Origin: Candidatus Poribacteria bacterium
GTDB taxonomy: Bacteria; Poribacteria; WGA-4E; WGA-3G
DNA length: 64,000 nucleotides
Assembly: GCA_965237835.1 (NCBI GenBank)
Contig: OZ250160.1
Location: forward strand, 18,371-82,370
Direction: 5' to 3'
Under the pieces are notes generated by a model. That model was not told the DNA's origin. It worked only from the letters and a program-made list of their open reading frames with translations, and did not search any database. Of the stretch, positions 29,252-39,139 are shown piece after piece. A program made the position numbers and the translations under genes. How positions within the stretch are numbered: position 1 is the first letter of the stretch; each line of letters begins with the position of its first letter.

Positions 29252-31969
29252 ATGGAAAGAGATGACGTTGAACTAATTCACAGCGTATTATCGGGTGACG
29301 AGGCTGCCTTCAGCGAGTTAGTAAGAAAATACCAGAAAAGCGTTCACGCGCTTGCATGGCGGAAAATTGGCGATTTTCATATAGCAGAGGAAATTACCCA
29401 AGATACTTTCCTTCAAGCACATAAAAAACTTGCATCGCTAAAAAATCCGAATCAATTTGCTGGGTGGCTTTACGTGATCACAGATCGGCTTTGCAAAGCA
29501 TGGTTCCGAAAGAAGCAACCGGAAATGCAATCGCTTGAAGCTACTAGTGAAGAAACACTCGAAAAAACCGTTTATGCCAGTTATGTAACAAAACAGCGTG
29601 AAAAAGCATCAGTTGAACATCAACGTAAAATTGTTCAAAAACTTTTGGAAAAGCTGCCAGAAAGCGAACGCACGGTGATGGTACTTCACTACCTCGGAGA
29701 AATGAGTTGTGAAGCGATTAGCAAGTTTTTAGGCGTATCCCCAAACACTGTTAAAAGTCGACTTCAACGCGCGCGTGAACGATTAAGAAATGAAGAACCC
29801 ATAATTCGAGAAACCCTTGGCGGGATCCGACTCCCTACCAATCTAACTGAGAACATCATGCAGCAGATTGACAAAGTGAAACAGCCGTCCCCATTGGGAA
29901 ATAAGCCACTACCGTGGGTTGCATTAGCCTCATCTGCTGTTTTAGTACTTTTGCTGATAGGTGCAAGTAATCAATACATCGCTAATTTTCGGCAGCCGTA
30001 TAGCGTTGATGCCCAATCAGAGATCACTATTGAAATTGTTGATGCAGCTATTATTGTTAGTCTACAATCAAAACCAGAATTGAAAAACCGTATTGGTGGT
30101 GATACTAACCTCAGCAAAAACAGTATCAACGGTCTAACAAAAGGAACAAAAAAAGTGGAAAACAACTTAACACAAGATGCTATGCAATGGAACCTGCCTG
30201 AAGATGCCAAAGCGCGTCTCGGTAAAGGGTATATAGCTGATATACAATATTCTCCTGATGGGAAGTTTCTGGCTGTTGTGAGCGGCATCGGTATTTGGCT
30301 TTACGATGTAACAGTACATCAAGAGGCCAGTCTAATCACAGGGTATACGGGTATTGTACTCGACTGCCTTGTCTTCAGCCCAGATGGACGCATCTTAGCG
30401 AGTGGAAATGCCGATGGCACTATTGTCCTGCATGATAGAATCACAGGTGAGCAAACAACGCTCATTGGGCATCAAGATTATATCACAAGCTTAGCATTCA
30501 GTCCCGATGGAAAAACAATTGCGAGTGTTAGTCGGCAAGGTGCTATTCTATTATGGGATGCTATCACCGGAGAGGAAAAGTATACACTCACGAATGATTT
30601 GGGGAGTGCTAATTTATCATTCACACCAGATGGACAGACACTTGTAAGTATGAGTAGGGGAGACAAAATCAGTCTGTGGAATTCGATCACGGGTGAACAC
30701 AAGAAAACATTCGCTATGCACCCTGATTGCTCTGCTATAGGTGCAGCGTTCAGTCCTGATGGAATAACAGTCGCTGTTGGTAGTGCAAATGGCACTGTCT
30801 ACCTCTACGACTTAAACACAGGCGAACACAAGATGATCCTCTCCGAGCATAAGGATCATGTTGCCAGCTTAGCGTTTAGCCCTGATGGAAAAATACTTGC
30901 TACTGTGTCATTTGATGAAGAAACAATCTGTCTATGGGATGTACACACTGGCGCACACAGGATAATACTCACCGAACACCCGCTAAATGTCGGGTACGGG
31001 GGCTTAGCGTTCAGTCCGGATGGAAAAACAATTGCGAGTGGAGGTGGCGATGGCACCATCCGGTTCTGGGATGCACACACCGGCGACGCGAAAAAGATAT
31101 TCTCTGGACATTCGCAGGAGGTCCGCAGTGTTGCGTTCAATCCGAATGGGAACTATATCGCAAGTGGGTGCGCCAGTGGAATTATTCGTCTATGGGATGC
31201 GGACACAAGGCAACCCATAAGAACACTTAACGATCCTAAAAATGGGCATATAGGATCGGCTTACAGTATAGTGTTCAGCCCTGATGGAAAGACTCTTTTT
31301 TGTGGAACTGGCGACGGCATCCACCTCTGGGATGCACACACCGGCGAACACAAATTGATGCTTACTGGACATACGAGTTTTGTTGATGATATAGCACTCA
31401 GTTCGGACGGAAATATACTTGCGAGTGGAAGTCGGGACAATACTATCCGCCTCTGGGATGCACACACCGGCGAACATAAAAGAACACTTATTGGACATAA
31501 GTTGATCAATAGTATCGCGTTCAGTCCTGATGGAAAAATCCTCGCAAGCGGAAGTGAGGATAGAACTATTCGTCTCTGGGATGTTGCAACTGGTAAAAAT
31601 AAAATGGTACTTACCGGACATAAAAGATGGGTGGAAAGTTTAGCGTTCAGTCCTGATGGAAAAATCCTCGCAAGTGGAGACGATGGCGGGATAATCCATC
31701 TATGGGATATAGACACATGGAAAACCAAACTTACACTTAGCGGGCATACAGATTTGATGTGCTTAGCGTTCAGTCCTAATGGAAAAACCCTCGCAAGTGG
31801 TTGTGCTGATGGCACGATTCATTTATGGGATGCACACACCGGCGAACACCAGAAAACACTGACGGGTCATACAACTTGGGTCAATAGTATCGCTTTTAGT
31901 CCTGATGGAAAAACCCTTGTTAGTGGCAGTAATAATGGTTCTGTGCTTCTCTGGGAAATAGATCCTTAA
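29252..31969 (+). CDS. ECF sigma-70 factor fused to a TM helix and WD40 propellers
   Basis: sigma2 (AEEITQDTFLQA..F.GWL), sigma4 (LGVSPNTVKSRLQRAR), hydrophobic segment, then more than 10 WD40 repeats. Confidence 0.9.
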   Translation: MERDDVELIHSVLSGDEAAFSELVRKYQKSVHALAWRKIGDFHIAEEITQDTFLQAHKKLASLKNPNQFAGWLYVITDRLCKAWFRKKQPEMQSLEATSEETLEKTVYASYVTKQREKASVEHQRKIVQKLLEKLPESERTVMVLHYLGEMSCEAISKFLGVSPNTVKSRLQRARERLRNEEPIIRETLGGIRLPTNLTENIMQQIDKVKQPSPLGNKPLPWVALASSAVLVLLLIGASNQYIANFRQPYSVDAQSEITIEIVDAAIIVSLQSKPELKNRIGGDTNLSKNSINGLTKGTKKVENNLTQDAMQWNLPEDAKARLGKGYIADIQYSPDGKFLAVVSGIGIWLYDVTVHQEASLITGYTGIVLDCLVFSPDGRILASGNADGTIVLHDRITGEQTTLIGHQDYITSLAFSPDGKTIASVSRQGAILLWDAITGEEKYTLTNDLGSANLSFTPDGQTLVSMSRGDKISLWNSITGEHKKTFAMHPDCSAIGAAFSPDGITVAVGSANGTVYLYDLNTGEHKMILSEHKDHVASLAFSPDGKILATVSFDEETICLWDVHTGAHRIILTEHPLNVGYGGLAFSPDGKTIASGGGDGTIRFWDAHTGDAKKIFSGHSQEVRSVAFNPNGNYIASGCASGIIRLWDADTRQPIRTLNDPKNGHIGSAYSIVFSPDGKTLFCGTGDGIHLWDAHTGEHKLMLTGHTSFVDDIALSSDGNILASGSRDNTIRLWDAHTGEHKRTLIGHKLINSIAFSPDGKILASGSEDRTIRLWDVATGKNKMVLTGHKRWVESLAFSPDGKILASGDDGGIIHLWDIDTWKTKLTLSGHTDLMCLAFSPNGKTLASGCADGTIHLWDAHTGEHQKTLTGHTTWVNSIAFSPDGKTLVSGSNNGSVLLWEIDP

Positions 31970-32098
31970 ATACTACAACCTCTCAGTGTAGACTTCCTAA
32001 TTTTGATTCAGGAAGTTCAAAACTTTATATTAACCTATCTCATAAATCAATCGAAGGGCGAGGACTCCATGCCTCGCCATTTCTTTGGAGAGAAACCG

Positions 32099-33019
32099 AT
32101 GGAAATTCATCAATACACCACCGATATACAAACACCCTTAACTCAATTTTATAATCGACAAACTATCAATGTTCCACACTGTTATCCTGTAAAAGAAGAG
32201 GAAATGGCGACTGCGTTGTGCGGTGTTACAACAGGAAAGTCCGATGCTAAAGAAGGTGGACTTGATTCCGAAACTGCCTATGTAACTATAACAGATGGTG
32301 AAGTACAGGCATTTATTCACGTCGGTATCGGACACATTGGAAAAAACAGAGAAGAGGACATTGGTGTTATACGGTTTTTTGGTTACGAGCGCGGGGCACG
32401 GCAGGCGGGGCAAGCAGTGCTTGAAAAGGCAGAAGCGTATCTGAAAACATATAACGTTGCACGTATTTTCGCTTTCTCATCAGACTGTCGGTATCGTTTC
32501 TATCATTTTGACTACGCATGTTTATCCGATGCGCTTGATCATGTTCAAGCACTTCTTGGTTTTAACAGGTACTGTCATTATGACAATCAGATATTTTTCG
32601 ATTGGGAAAACTACTCTGTTACACCAATACCCTCAAGTCTACCAGTAACTTTTTCTGCGGATTGGAAACAAGGACGTGGTCACCGTCCAAACTACACTGT
32701 AAAAGCCTATCAAGGCGATACGAAAGTAGGTGAGTGTGATTCTCTCTCAGGCGGTGAGTTTTCGAGCCATCCTCATGCTCAAGATTGGCTGCATACCTTT
32801 TGGCTTGATATCGAAGAAGAGTATCAAGGACAAGGTTTGGGACGTTACCTTCTTCAGTACGCGCTTCAAGAGATGCATAAAGTTGGATACCGACATGCAA
32901 CAATTTGCACACACATGGAAAATTACCGCGCACAACTCTTTTACAGCAATTGCGGCTATCGAGTTGTAGATAGGACTTATGAATATGTCAAAACCATCTC
33001 TGAGTCTTCATCAAAGTAG
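32099..33019 (+). CDS. GNAT family N-acetyltransferase
   Basis: YQGQGLG acetyl-CoA motif, N.RA..FY...GY; start chosen by RBS and by alignment to the paralog at 55595. Confidence 0.85.
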   Translation: MEIHQYTTDIQTPLTQFYNRQTINVPHCYPVKEEEMATALCGVTTGKSDAKEGGLDSETAYVTITDGEVQAFIHVGIGHIGKNREEDIGVIRFFGYERGARQAGQAVLEKAEAYLKTYNVARIFAFSSDCRYRFYHFDYACLSDALDHVQALLGFNRYCHYDNQIFFDWENYSVTPIPSSLPVTFSADWKQGRGHRPNYTVKAYQGDTKVGECDSLSGGEFSSHPHAQDWLHTFWLDIEEEYQGQGLGRYLLQYALQEMHKVGYRHATICTHMENYRAQLFYSNCGYRVVDRTYEYVKTISESSSK

Positions 33020-33139
33020 ACTCAAACTATTTTATAAACTTTATTCCCAAAAACTCTCCTCTATTTATAAAACCTAATTGGGAATTCGTTTATGTACTAC
33101 GATTTAGAAACCATCAAAAATCTATCAGATGCAGAACTC

Positions 33140-33230
33140 ATACCCAATTAACGGGATTTGTAGCGCGAGGTCCCCGTGCCTCGCAATGCTTGACTTTATC
33201 AGAAAACTTTTAATCAAGTTAATTTGGTAT
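33140..33230. mobile_element. Family-A MITE
   Basis: ATACCCAATTAAC...GTAGCGCGAGGTCCCCGTGCCTCGC...GTTAATTTGGTAT. Confidence 0.85.
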
Positions 33231-33274
33231 CATACCATTAATCCAAAACCGTAATGAATCCGCTTTTTCAGAGC

Positions 33275-33553
33275 TTAGACCCAATTAACCCCATTTGTAG
33301 TGTGAGGTCCCCGTGCCTCGCAATGCTAACCGCTATTAGAAAACTTCTAATCAAGTTAATTGGGTATTAGACCCAATTAACCCCATTTGTAGTGTGAGGT
33401 CCCCGTGCCTCGCAATGCTAACCGCTATTAGAAAACTTCTAATCAAGTTAATTGGGTATTAGACCCAATTAACCCCATTTGTAGTGTGAGGTCCCCGTGC
33501 CTCGCAATGCTAACCGCTATTAGAAAACTTCTAATCAAGTTAATTGGGTCTAA
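33275..33553. repeat. Three tandem, essentially identical 92-bp family-A MITE units
   Basis: Units start at 33275, 33367 and 33459; the outer ends form a perfect inverted repeat TTAGACCCAATTAAC. Confidence 0.9.
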
Positions 33554-33597
33554 GAAAGAATTGATATTTTTCTATTTATAAAGTATACTCAATTCTT

Positions 33598-34242
33598 ATG
33601 AAAACAGAAACAGATCGCGAGCGCGGGATCATTGTAGGGATAACTGGTGGTATCGCATGTGGGAAAACAACAGTCTCAGAACTATTGGCAGAAAAAGGTG
33701 CAATTCCGATTAACGCTGATGAAATTGGACATCAACTTCTCAAGGCAGACAGTCCCGTTATTGGTAAACTCGTTGATGCATTTGGACAGGAAATTCTTGA
33801 AGAGCCCGGAGATGTCAGCAGGAAGAAATTGGGAGCAATTGTCTTTAATGATAAATCCGCGCGTGAACGGTTAAACACCATCCTGCATCCTTTGATAATC
33901 CAACGTTCCCGTACTCTCGCGCGTCAACTTGTAATGGAAAATCCGTCATGTGTTGTTCTGCTTGATGCACCGCTCCTTATTGAAGCAGGGGCATACAATT
34001 CCGTTGATCTAATTGTCGTTGTAACTGCCTCACCTGAAACCCAATTACAACGGATTTTAGAACGCAGCCAAGTACAGAACCGTCCGCTCTCCGAAACTGA
34101 AGCACAAGCCCGAATTGACGCACAAATGCCAGTGGCAGAAAAGGTTAAATATGCAGATGTTGTTATAGAAAATGAGGGTGCCCTTGATGAACTCAATAAA
34201 CAAGTGGATGCACTTTGGGAGGAATTTCAGAAAGGTTTATGA
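33598..34242 (+). CDS. coaE: Dephospho-CoA kinase
   Basis: GITGGIACGKTT, DAPLLIE, RIDAQMP, AD.VI.N. Confidence 0.95.
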   Translation: MKTETDRERGIIVGITGGIACGKTTVSELLAEKGAIPINADEIGHQLLKADSPVIGKLVDAFGQEILEEPGDVSRKKLGAIVFNDKSARERLNTILHPLIIQRSRTLARQLVMENPSCVVLLDAPLLIEAGAYNSVDLIVVVTASPETQLQRILERSQVQNRPLSETEAQARIDAQMPVAEKVKYADVVIENEGALDELNKQVDALWEEFQKGL

Positions 34243-35322
34243 GTCGTGCCAAAGCAGATTGACAGCGTTTGCCTTGATGACGCAGTAGACTTCCTTTCCT
34301 CTACACAGTTGTAGTTGCTCACGCGCTTCGCGTGTTATTTTCACCGAAAGCCGATGCTCCTCAACGAGAATCGACAGCAGTATTTGGTCATCAATTTCAT
34401 CAATAGATCCCTTCAATATATTGCGCGCACTAATTGGTAAATTAGGTTCAAGCGAAATGATGATGTCTTCTGCCCGAATGGCGATGGGAACCGTTTTCCC
34501 AATTGTCGTCTCTATGTAGGGAATAACGAGGTGCTGAGACCCGATTTCTAATTCCGTTACACCTCTCTGTTTATCAGAATTGGCAACGGGTAGTGAGAAT
34601 ATATTTTCTACACCTGTCAAATTTGCGATCGGGAGAGCAGAAGGGGAAGTTAACAGCTGATACGGTTCCCCACTTGCCGTGATCTTTCCATCAGAAAGGA
34701 GAAATGCTTCATCAGCAAGTGCCATGGCTTCTGATATGGCATGTGTGACGTAAAGTATAGGTATTTCAAATGCATTTTTTATGTGATGGAGATACGGAAT
34801 AATTCGGTTTTTCAATCCGCCATCGAGTGAAGCAAGCGGTTCGTCCATGAGCAGTAGACGTGGTTCCATAGCAAGCGCACGCGCAATTGCAACCCGTTGA
34901 CGTTGTCCGCCAGAGAGCTGACTCGGATACCGTTGAAGCAACTCAGATATTTCAAGAATATCAAGCACACGAGATATACTATCACGTTTTTTTTGCATGT
35001 TTGGCGGTTGTCCATAACGAATGTTCTGCTCAACACGCAAATGCGGAAAGAGATGTCCATCTTGAAACACATAACCAAAACGACGTTTATTTGGTGGGAT
35101 ATTGACTCTCGAATCAGAGGCGTAAAGCACCTTGTTACCGAACACAATCTGACCTTCATCGGGAGAAAGTGTACCGCTGACACAGTTGAGAAGCGTACTC
35201 TTTCCACTTCCAGACGCACCCAAAAAAGCCGTAACCTTCTTTTCGAGTGTGCAATTAAGTTCTAACGTAAAATTACCAAGGCTTTTACGAAAGTCAAGGG
35301 TGATTTTGGTGTAATCTGTCAT
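34237..35322 (-). CDS. modC: Molybdate ABC transporter ATP-binding protein with TOBE domain
   Basis: GASGSGKST, LSGGQRQRVAIARAL, LLMDEPL, ISARNIL; start taken at MTDY. Confidence 0.92.
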   Translation of the reverse strand: MTDYTKITLDFRKSLGNFTLELNCTLEKKVTAFLGASGSGKSTLLNCVSGTLSPDEGQIVFGNKVLYASDSRVNIPPNKRRFGYVFQDGHLFPHLRVEQNIRYGQPPNMQKKRDSISRVLDILEISELLQRYPSQLSGGQRQRVAIARALAMEPRLLLMDEPLASLDGGLKNRIIPYLHHIKNAFEIPILYVTHAISEAMALADEAFLLSDGKITASGEPYQLLTSPSALPIANLTGVENIFSLPVANSDKQRGVTELEIGSQHLVIPYIETTIGKTVPIAIRAEDIIISLEPNLPISARNILKGSIDEIDDQILLSILVEEHRLSVKITREAREQLQLCRGKEVYCVIKANAVNLLWHDS

Positions 35323-35409
35323 AGTGTTTTTGCACAGTCCATCGCGCCGTTTACCACACAAATTCAAACACGTGAGTTTTCTGAATTAAAGCTGCTATCA
35401 GAGTTTTTA

Positions 35410-35818
35410 TTGACATCTCCCACACCTAAAGGAGTGGGATTCTTAGGTCTTATATCAGTCCTTAATGTTTCTGAATGCCTTGTTCCTGCTTCTGCATCCA
35501 CTGCTCCGTAGTTGAGTCTAACACGGACTCCACAGGCGTTTAGACTCTCCCAGTGTCCCCAGGCGAGTTATTAGTGAATGTGGTAGGGATGTTGTAGTAA
35601 CAACATATATTAGTTTTTCTCTACCACATTCTAATGTTTCGAGTGATTTCGCACCAGCACCACACACCTTATCACGGATGGGGACAGGACTCAACACAGG
35701 TAAGTGTTGAGGTGATAACCCTATCCAACGATGCTACATATAGTCCATACTATTTCGGTGCAAATGTCAAGCGTTTTTTGACCCACAGCTAAAGCAGTGG
35801 GATTGTTAGTTAATTCCC
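35410..35818 (-). mobile_element. Non-autonomous IS200/IS605 (TnpB-type) element, copy 1, 409 bp, no ORF
   Basis: LE hairpin CCCACTGCTTTAGCTGTGGG; RE hairpin ending GATGTCAA. Removing it restores TTT GAA|TAA, the host gene's stop. No target duplication. Confidence 0.85.
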
Positions 35819-36109
35819 TTCAAATCCGCCCCCACCATCAAAACCGCCACCGTCGAATCCACCATCGCTTCCACCGTCAAATCCACCAGAATCTGTATCA
35901 GAAGAAGAGTCACCTTGGTTGTCATTGTCTAACATATCCCCAAGAATTAGTCCTGTAATTAGCATATCCCCTGTATCATCGCCAGTATCAACATGATCAT
36001 CATGCTGTTGTTTTCTTCTTTGAGATTGTCCGGCTTTTGAACGACGAGCCAGACTTGAGATTACCAACACTATTACAACAACACCGATAAAAACTAAAAG
36101 CAATTCCAT
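35810..36109 (-). CDS. Small membrane-anchored protein with Gly/Asp-rich GGFDGG tail
   Basis: N-terminal TM helix, AAGGAG RBS; the last two residues (GN) and the stop are donated by the inserted element. Confidence 0.75.
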   Translation of the reverse strand: MELLLVFIGVVVIVLVISSLARRSKAGQSQRRKQQHDDHVDTGDDTGDMLITGLILGDMLDNDNQGDSSSDTDSGGFDGGSDGGFDGGGFDGGGGFEGN

Positions 36110-36126
36110 AAGTTATGTATTCTCCT

Positions 36127-36217
36127 TATACTCAATTAACGCGATTTGTAGCGCGAGGTCCCCGTGCCTCGCACTGCTGACTTTATCGGAAAACTTCGAA
36201 TCAAGTTAATTTGATAT
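36127..36217. mobile_element. Family-A MITE
   Basis: TIRs plus GTAGCGCGAGGTCCCCGTGCCTCGC. Confidence 0.85.
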
Positions 36218-36252
36218 TATATGTAGGGCAAAACAATTTACTGTTGCTTCAT

Positions 36253-36670
36253 CAAAATCTTCGGGCTGGAGACCCCTCGCCTTTAGGCAGGGGAGGAAAG
36301 CCCGCCTCCTATTATGGTTATAATTTGTCCCCAAAAGGGGAGTGCTGTTTTATCTCCACCTGCACACTGGGAGCCTGGATTCAGTTGTGCTGCTTCGTTC
36401 AGTGAGACTGTCACTACTCGCTTACTTGACCTGACACGATGTCTTTACCAGAAAAAGATAATGGCTATAAGCCCACGCTCTCGCGGTATATGTTGCCCCA
36501 TCGACATCACGGGATCAGAGCGGATACAGACTTGGGGAGCATCCGTAACATCTTGTTGCCTGCCACGACAAGACCCGCGATATACCGTCTAGTCAACCGT
36601 TTAACTTGTGGAGTGGACGCTTGGCATGCGCTTCGCACAAGCCCCGATGCTTTAGCGCGGGGTTATTGAC
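36253..36670 (-). mobile_element. Non-autonomous IscB/IsrB-type IS200/IS605 element with omegaRNA (HEARO-like), protein gene absent
   Basis: Minus strand: GTCAATAACCCC..CTAAAG..GGGGCTTG...GTTGACTAG...GGATGCTCCCCAAGTC...CTCTG...GTCGATGGGG; far end CTTTCCTCCCC..CTAAAG..GGGGTCTCC followed by ATGAA. Confidence 0.75.
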
Positions 36671-36724
36671 CCTACTATTTTGTTACTCACTTTGATTGTA
36701 ATCATCGAAATAGCAAATCGAAAT

Positions 36725-37390
36725 CTATCGTAATGTCTTTCGTTCTGTAATCCAGATAGCAACGAATGCAAGAACGGTTGAAATAAATACCAATCGATAG
36801 ACTGTGATATCTTGTCCGAGTTGCACAGCTTCATATATAGCCAATGCCATCGTCTGAGTTTTGCCAGGGATATTTCCAGCTACCATGAAAGTTGCGCCAA
36901 ACTCACCAAGACTTTTTGAAAAACCGAGAATTGTACCCCCAATAATTCCACGATGCGCGAGCGGGAGTGTTATCGTAAAAAAGACCTTAATCGGAGAAGC
37001 ACCAAGTGTTCGCGCAGCACTTTCAAGCTCAGATGGCACAGATGCTATTCCGGTCATGATCCCTTGCACTAACAGTGGAAACGAAATAATCGAAATTGCA
37101 ATTACAACAGCGAATGGGGAAAAGATTATCTCTAAATTGAAAACTTTAGATAGAAATCCACCGATGGGACCATTGTTACCTAAGAGGATAAGAAGTAAAT
37201 ACCCACTCACCACAGGTGGCAGCACCAATGGTAACATCACGACTGTATTGAGGAAGGTTTTGCCGGGAAATTCACGTTTAGCAAGTAGCCATCCCACCAG
37301 CAGTCCTGGTGGAAACATTACAATGACGCTCAACAACGCAACTTTGATAGATAGGATAAGAGCGGTAATTTCTGCAGGAGTAATCCTCAT
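36725..37390 (-). CDS. modB: Molybdate ABC transporter permease
   Basis: LPLVLPPVV.G, AARTLGAS, LGEFGAT..VAGNIPG.TQT. Confidence 0.95.
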   Translation of the reverse strand: MRITPAEITALILSIKVALLSVIVMFPPGLLVGWLLAKREFPGKTFLNTVVMLPLVLPPVVSGYLLLILLGNNGPIGGFLSKVFNLEIIFSPFAVVIAISIISFPLLVQGIMTGIASVPSELESAARTLGASPIKVFFTITLPLAHRGIIGGTILGFSKSLGEFGATFMVAGNIPGKTQTMALAIYEAVQLGQDITVYRLVFISTVLAFVAIWITERKTLR

Positions 37391-38232
37391 TGTTGTGTGT
37401 CTGGCTTGTTCTGCATTACCGGTGTAGATGATAGACAGGTAAATCCGTGTTTTTCAAATATTTCGGTTGCATGTGAGGTATTCAGGTATGCAATAAACTG
37501 TTCTGCCGACTGATTTCGCTCGCTACTCCTCAAGATAACAGCAGGATAAACTATTGGGGTATGTGTTTCAGCAGAAAATCTGTAAAGAACCTTTACCGCA
37601 TCAGTAACTTTGGTATCAGTATCATACACAATTGCCAGATCTACATTACCTGCAGAAACATAAGCGAGCGTAGCGCGCACATCTGTTCCAAAAATCAACT
37701 TTGGTTTTAACTTATCCCATAGGTCTAAGTGCAATAATGCCTCTTTGGCATAAGTGCCTGCAGGTACAATATCCGGTTGTCCAATCGCTATGCGTGAGAT
37801 AATAGGATCCTGAAGCGCACCAACTTTTTCTATAGTTATCTTAGCATTTTTTTGAGATACAACGACTAAATGATTTGCCAAAATATCGGATCTACTATCA
37901 CCTTCAAGTAAGCCGAGAGAATTAAGAGCATCAACCTGTTTAGGACTTGCTGAAATGAAGACATCTGCAGATGCACCTTTCTCAATTTGGCGTTGAAGCA
38001 TAGTAGAAGCAGCGAAATTGTAATATACCTTAATCCGATTTTCTGCAGTAAACTGATCCCCGATTTCTGTGAGAGCATCTGTTAAACTCATAGCAGCAAA
38101 AACGTTTAATTCCTTATCTTTCTGTTTTCCTGTAGTGCATCCTAAAAACCCAAGACATATCAGTAGGATAACGAATATCGTATAGAATTTTACCCACCGA
38201 CCCATGAATTTCCATTCCAAAGCAGATTTCAT
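37387..38232 (-). CDS. modA: Molybdate ABC transporter substrate-binding lipoprotein
   Basis: FAAMSL, GASADVFISA, VPAG.YA, IVY.TD; lipobox FLGC. Confidence 0.93.
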   Translation of the reverse strand: MKSALEWKFMGRWVKFYTIFVILLICLGFLGCTTGKQKDKELNVFAAMSLTDALTEIGDQFTAENRIKVYYNFAASTMLQRQIEKGASADVFISASPKQVDALNSLGLLEGDSRSDILANHLVVVSQKNAKITIEKVGALQDPIISRIAIGQPDIVPAGTYAKEALLHLDLWDKLKPKLIFGTDVRATLAYVSAGNVDLAIVYDTDTKVTDAVKVLYRFSAETHTPIVYPAVILRSSERNQSAEQFIAYLNTSHATEIFEKHGFTCLSSTPVMQNKPDTQQ

Positions 38233-38553
38233 TTGAAAAGAGTATAGCAGAAATATGGTGATATGTCAAGAGTGATAAAATAGCGAACAAGTCATTTAAT
38301 TGGACTATAATTGCAAAGTTCCTATCAGGAGACTTCTCTGTCCGAACAACCCGCCGAATGCCATACGCGCATGAGGCGTTGATTCGCCGGTCGCGATTTT
38401 CTGATTAAAGTGTGCAATAAGCCCAAAACTAAATGGTCTTATAAACTTTACACATTCTCTTGACATTATTTAAAAAAAATGTTATTATTCAATTAATGTT
38501 ATTATTCAATTAAGGAGTGGGACACATATATCTGTGTAGCGTATCCAGATGAA

Positions 38554-38940
38554 GGGAATTATCTGACAATCCCACTGCTTTAGCCGTGGGTCAAAAAACT
38601 TATGACATTTGCACCAAAACATGTTAGACTATATGTAGCATCGTGGATAGGGTTTCCACCCCATACAACCTGTCCGGGTCCTATCCCTCACCTGTGGAAA
38701 GGTGTGTGATGCTGTGCGAAATCACTTAAAACATTAGAATGTGGTAGAGAAAAACTAACGTCCGTTGTTACTACAACGACCCTACCACATTCGCTAACAA
38801 CCTACCGTGGGATACACGGGAAGTTACGCCTGTGGAGTACAAATAAGACCTCATTCGGAGGCACGAGAGACGGAAGCAGGAATCACATAGGAGAGTTGTG
38901 TGCAAAAGAAGCACACGGCTTTAGCCGTAGTGAGTATCAC
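38554..38940 (+). mobile_element. Non-autonomous IS200/IS605 (TnpB-type) element, divergent copy, 387 bp
   Basis: Follows ATGAA, starts GGGAATTA, has the same LE hairpin and promoter, GCCTGTGGAG..GAAGCAGGAA omegaRNA motifs, ends GTATCAC. Confidence 0.8.
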
Positions 38941-39139
38941 ACGCTACTTATTATAGTATACATACATATTGGCACATTACGACATAGAATAATATCAAAC
39001 ACACTATTCTGTCTCCCCAATATCTACAGATACTATAATAGACACAGAGTTGTACGAATTTCGCTACAACAAATTGCATAAATCCAATAATAAACGTGTA
39101 AGGAAGAATACCCAAATAACACCAATAGGAGTATACACA

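Noticed and set aside
33275-33553. CRISPR array
   Set aside because: Whole 92-bp units are identical, so there are no spacers.
38635-38716. HDV-like ribozyme as the identity of the pseudoknot domain
   Set aside because: Helix order is similar, but the P1.1 CC/GG pair and the catalytic C-containing J4/2 are not evident, and P3 length differs between copies. Left unassigned.
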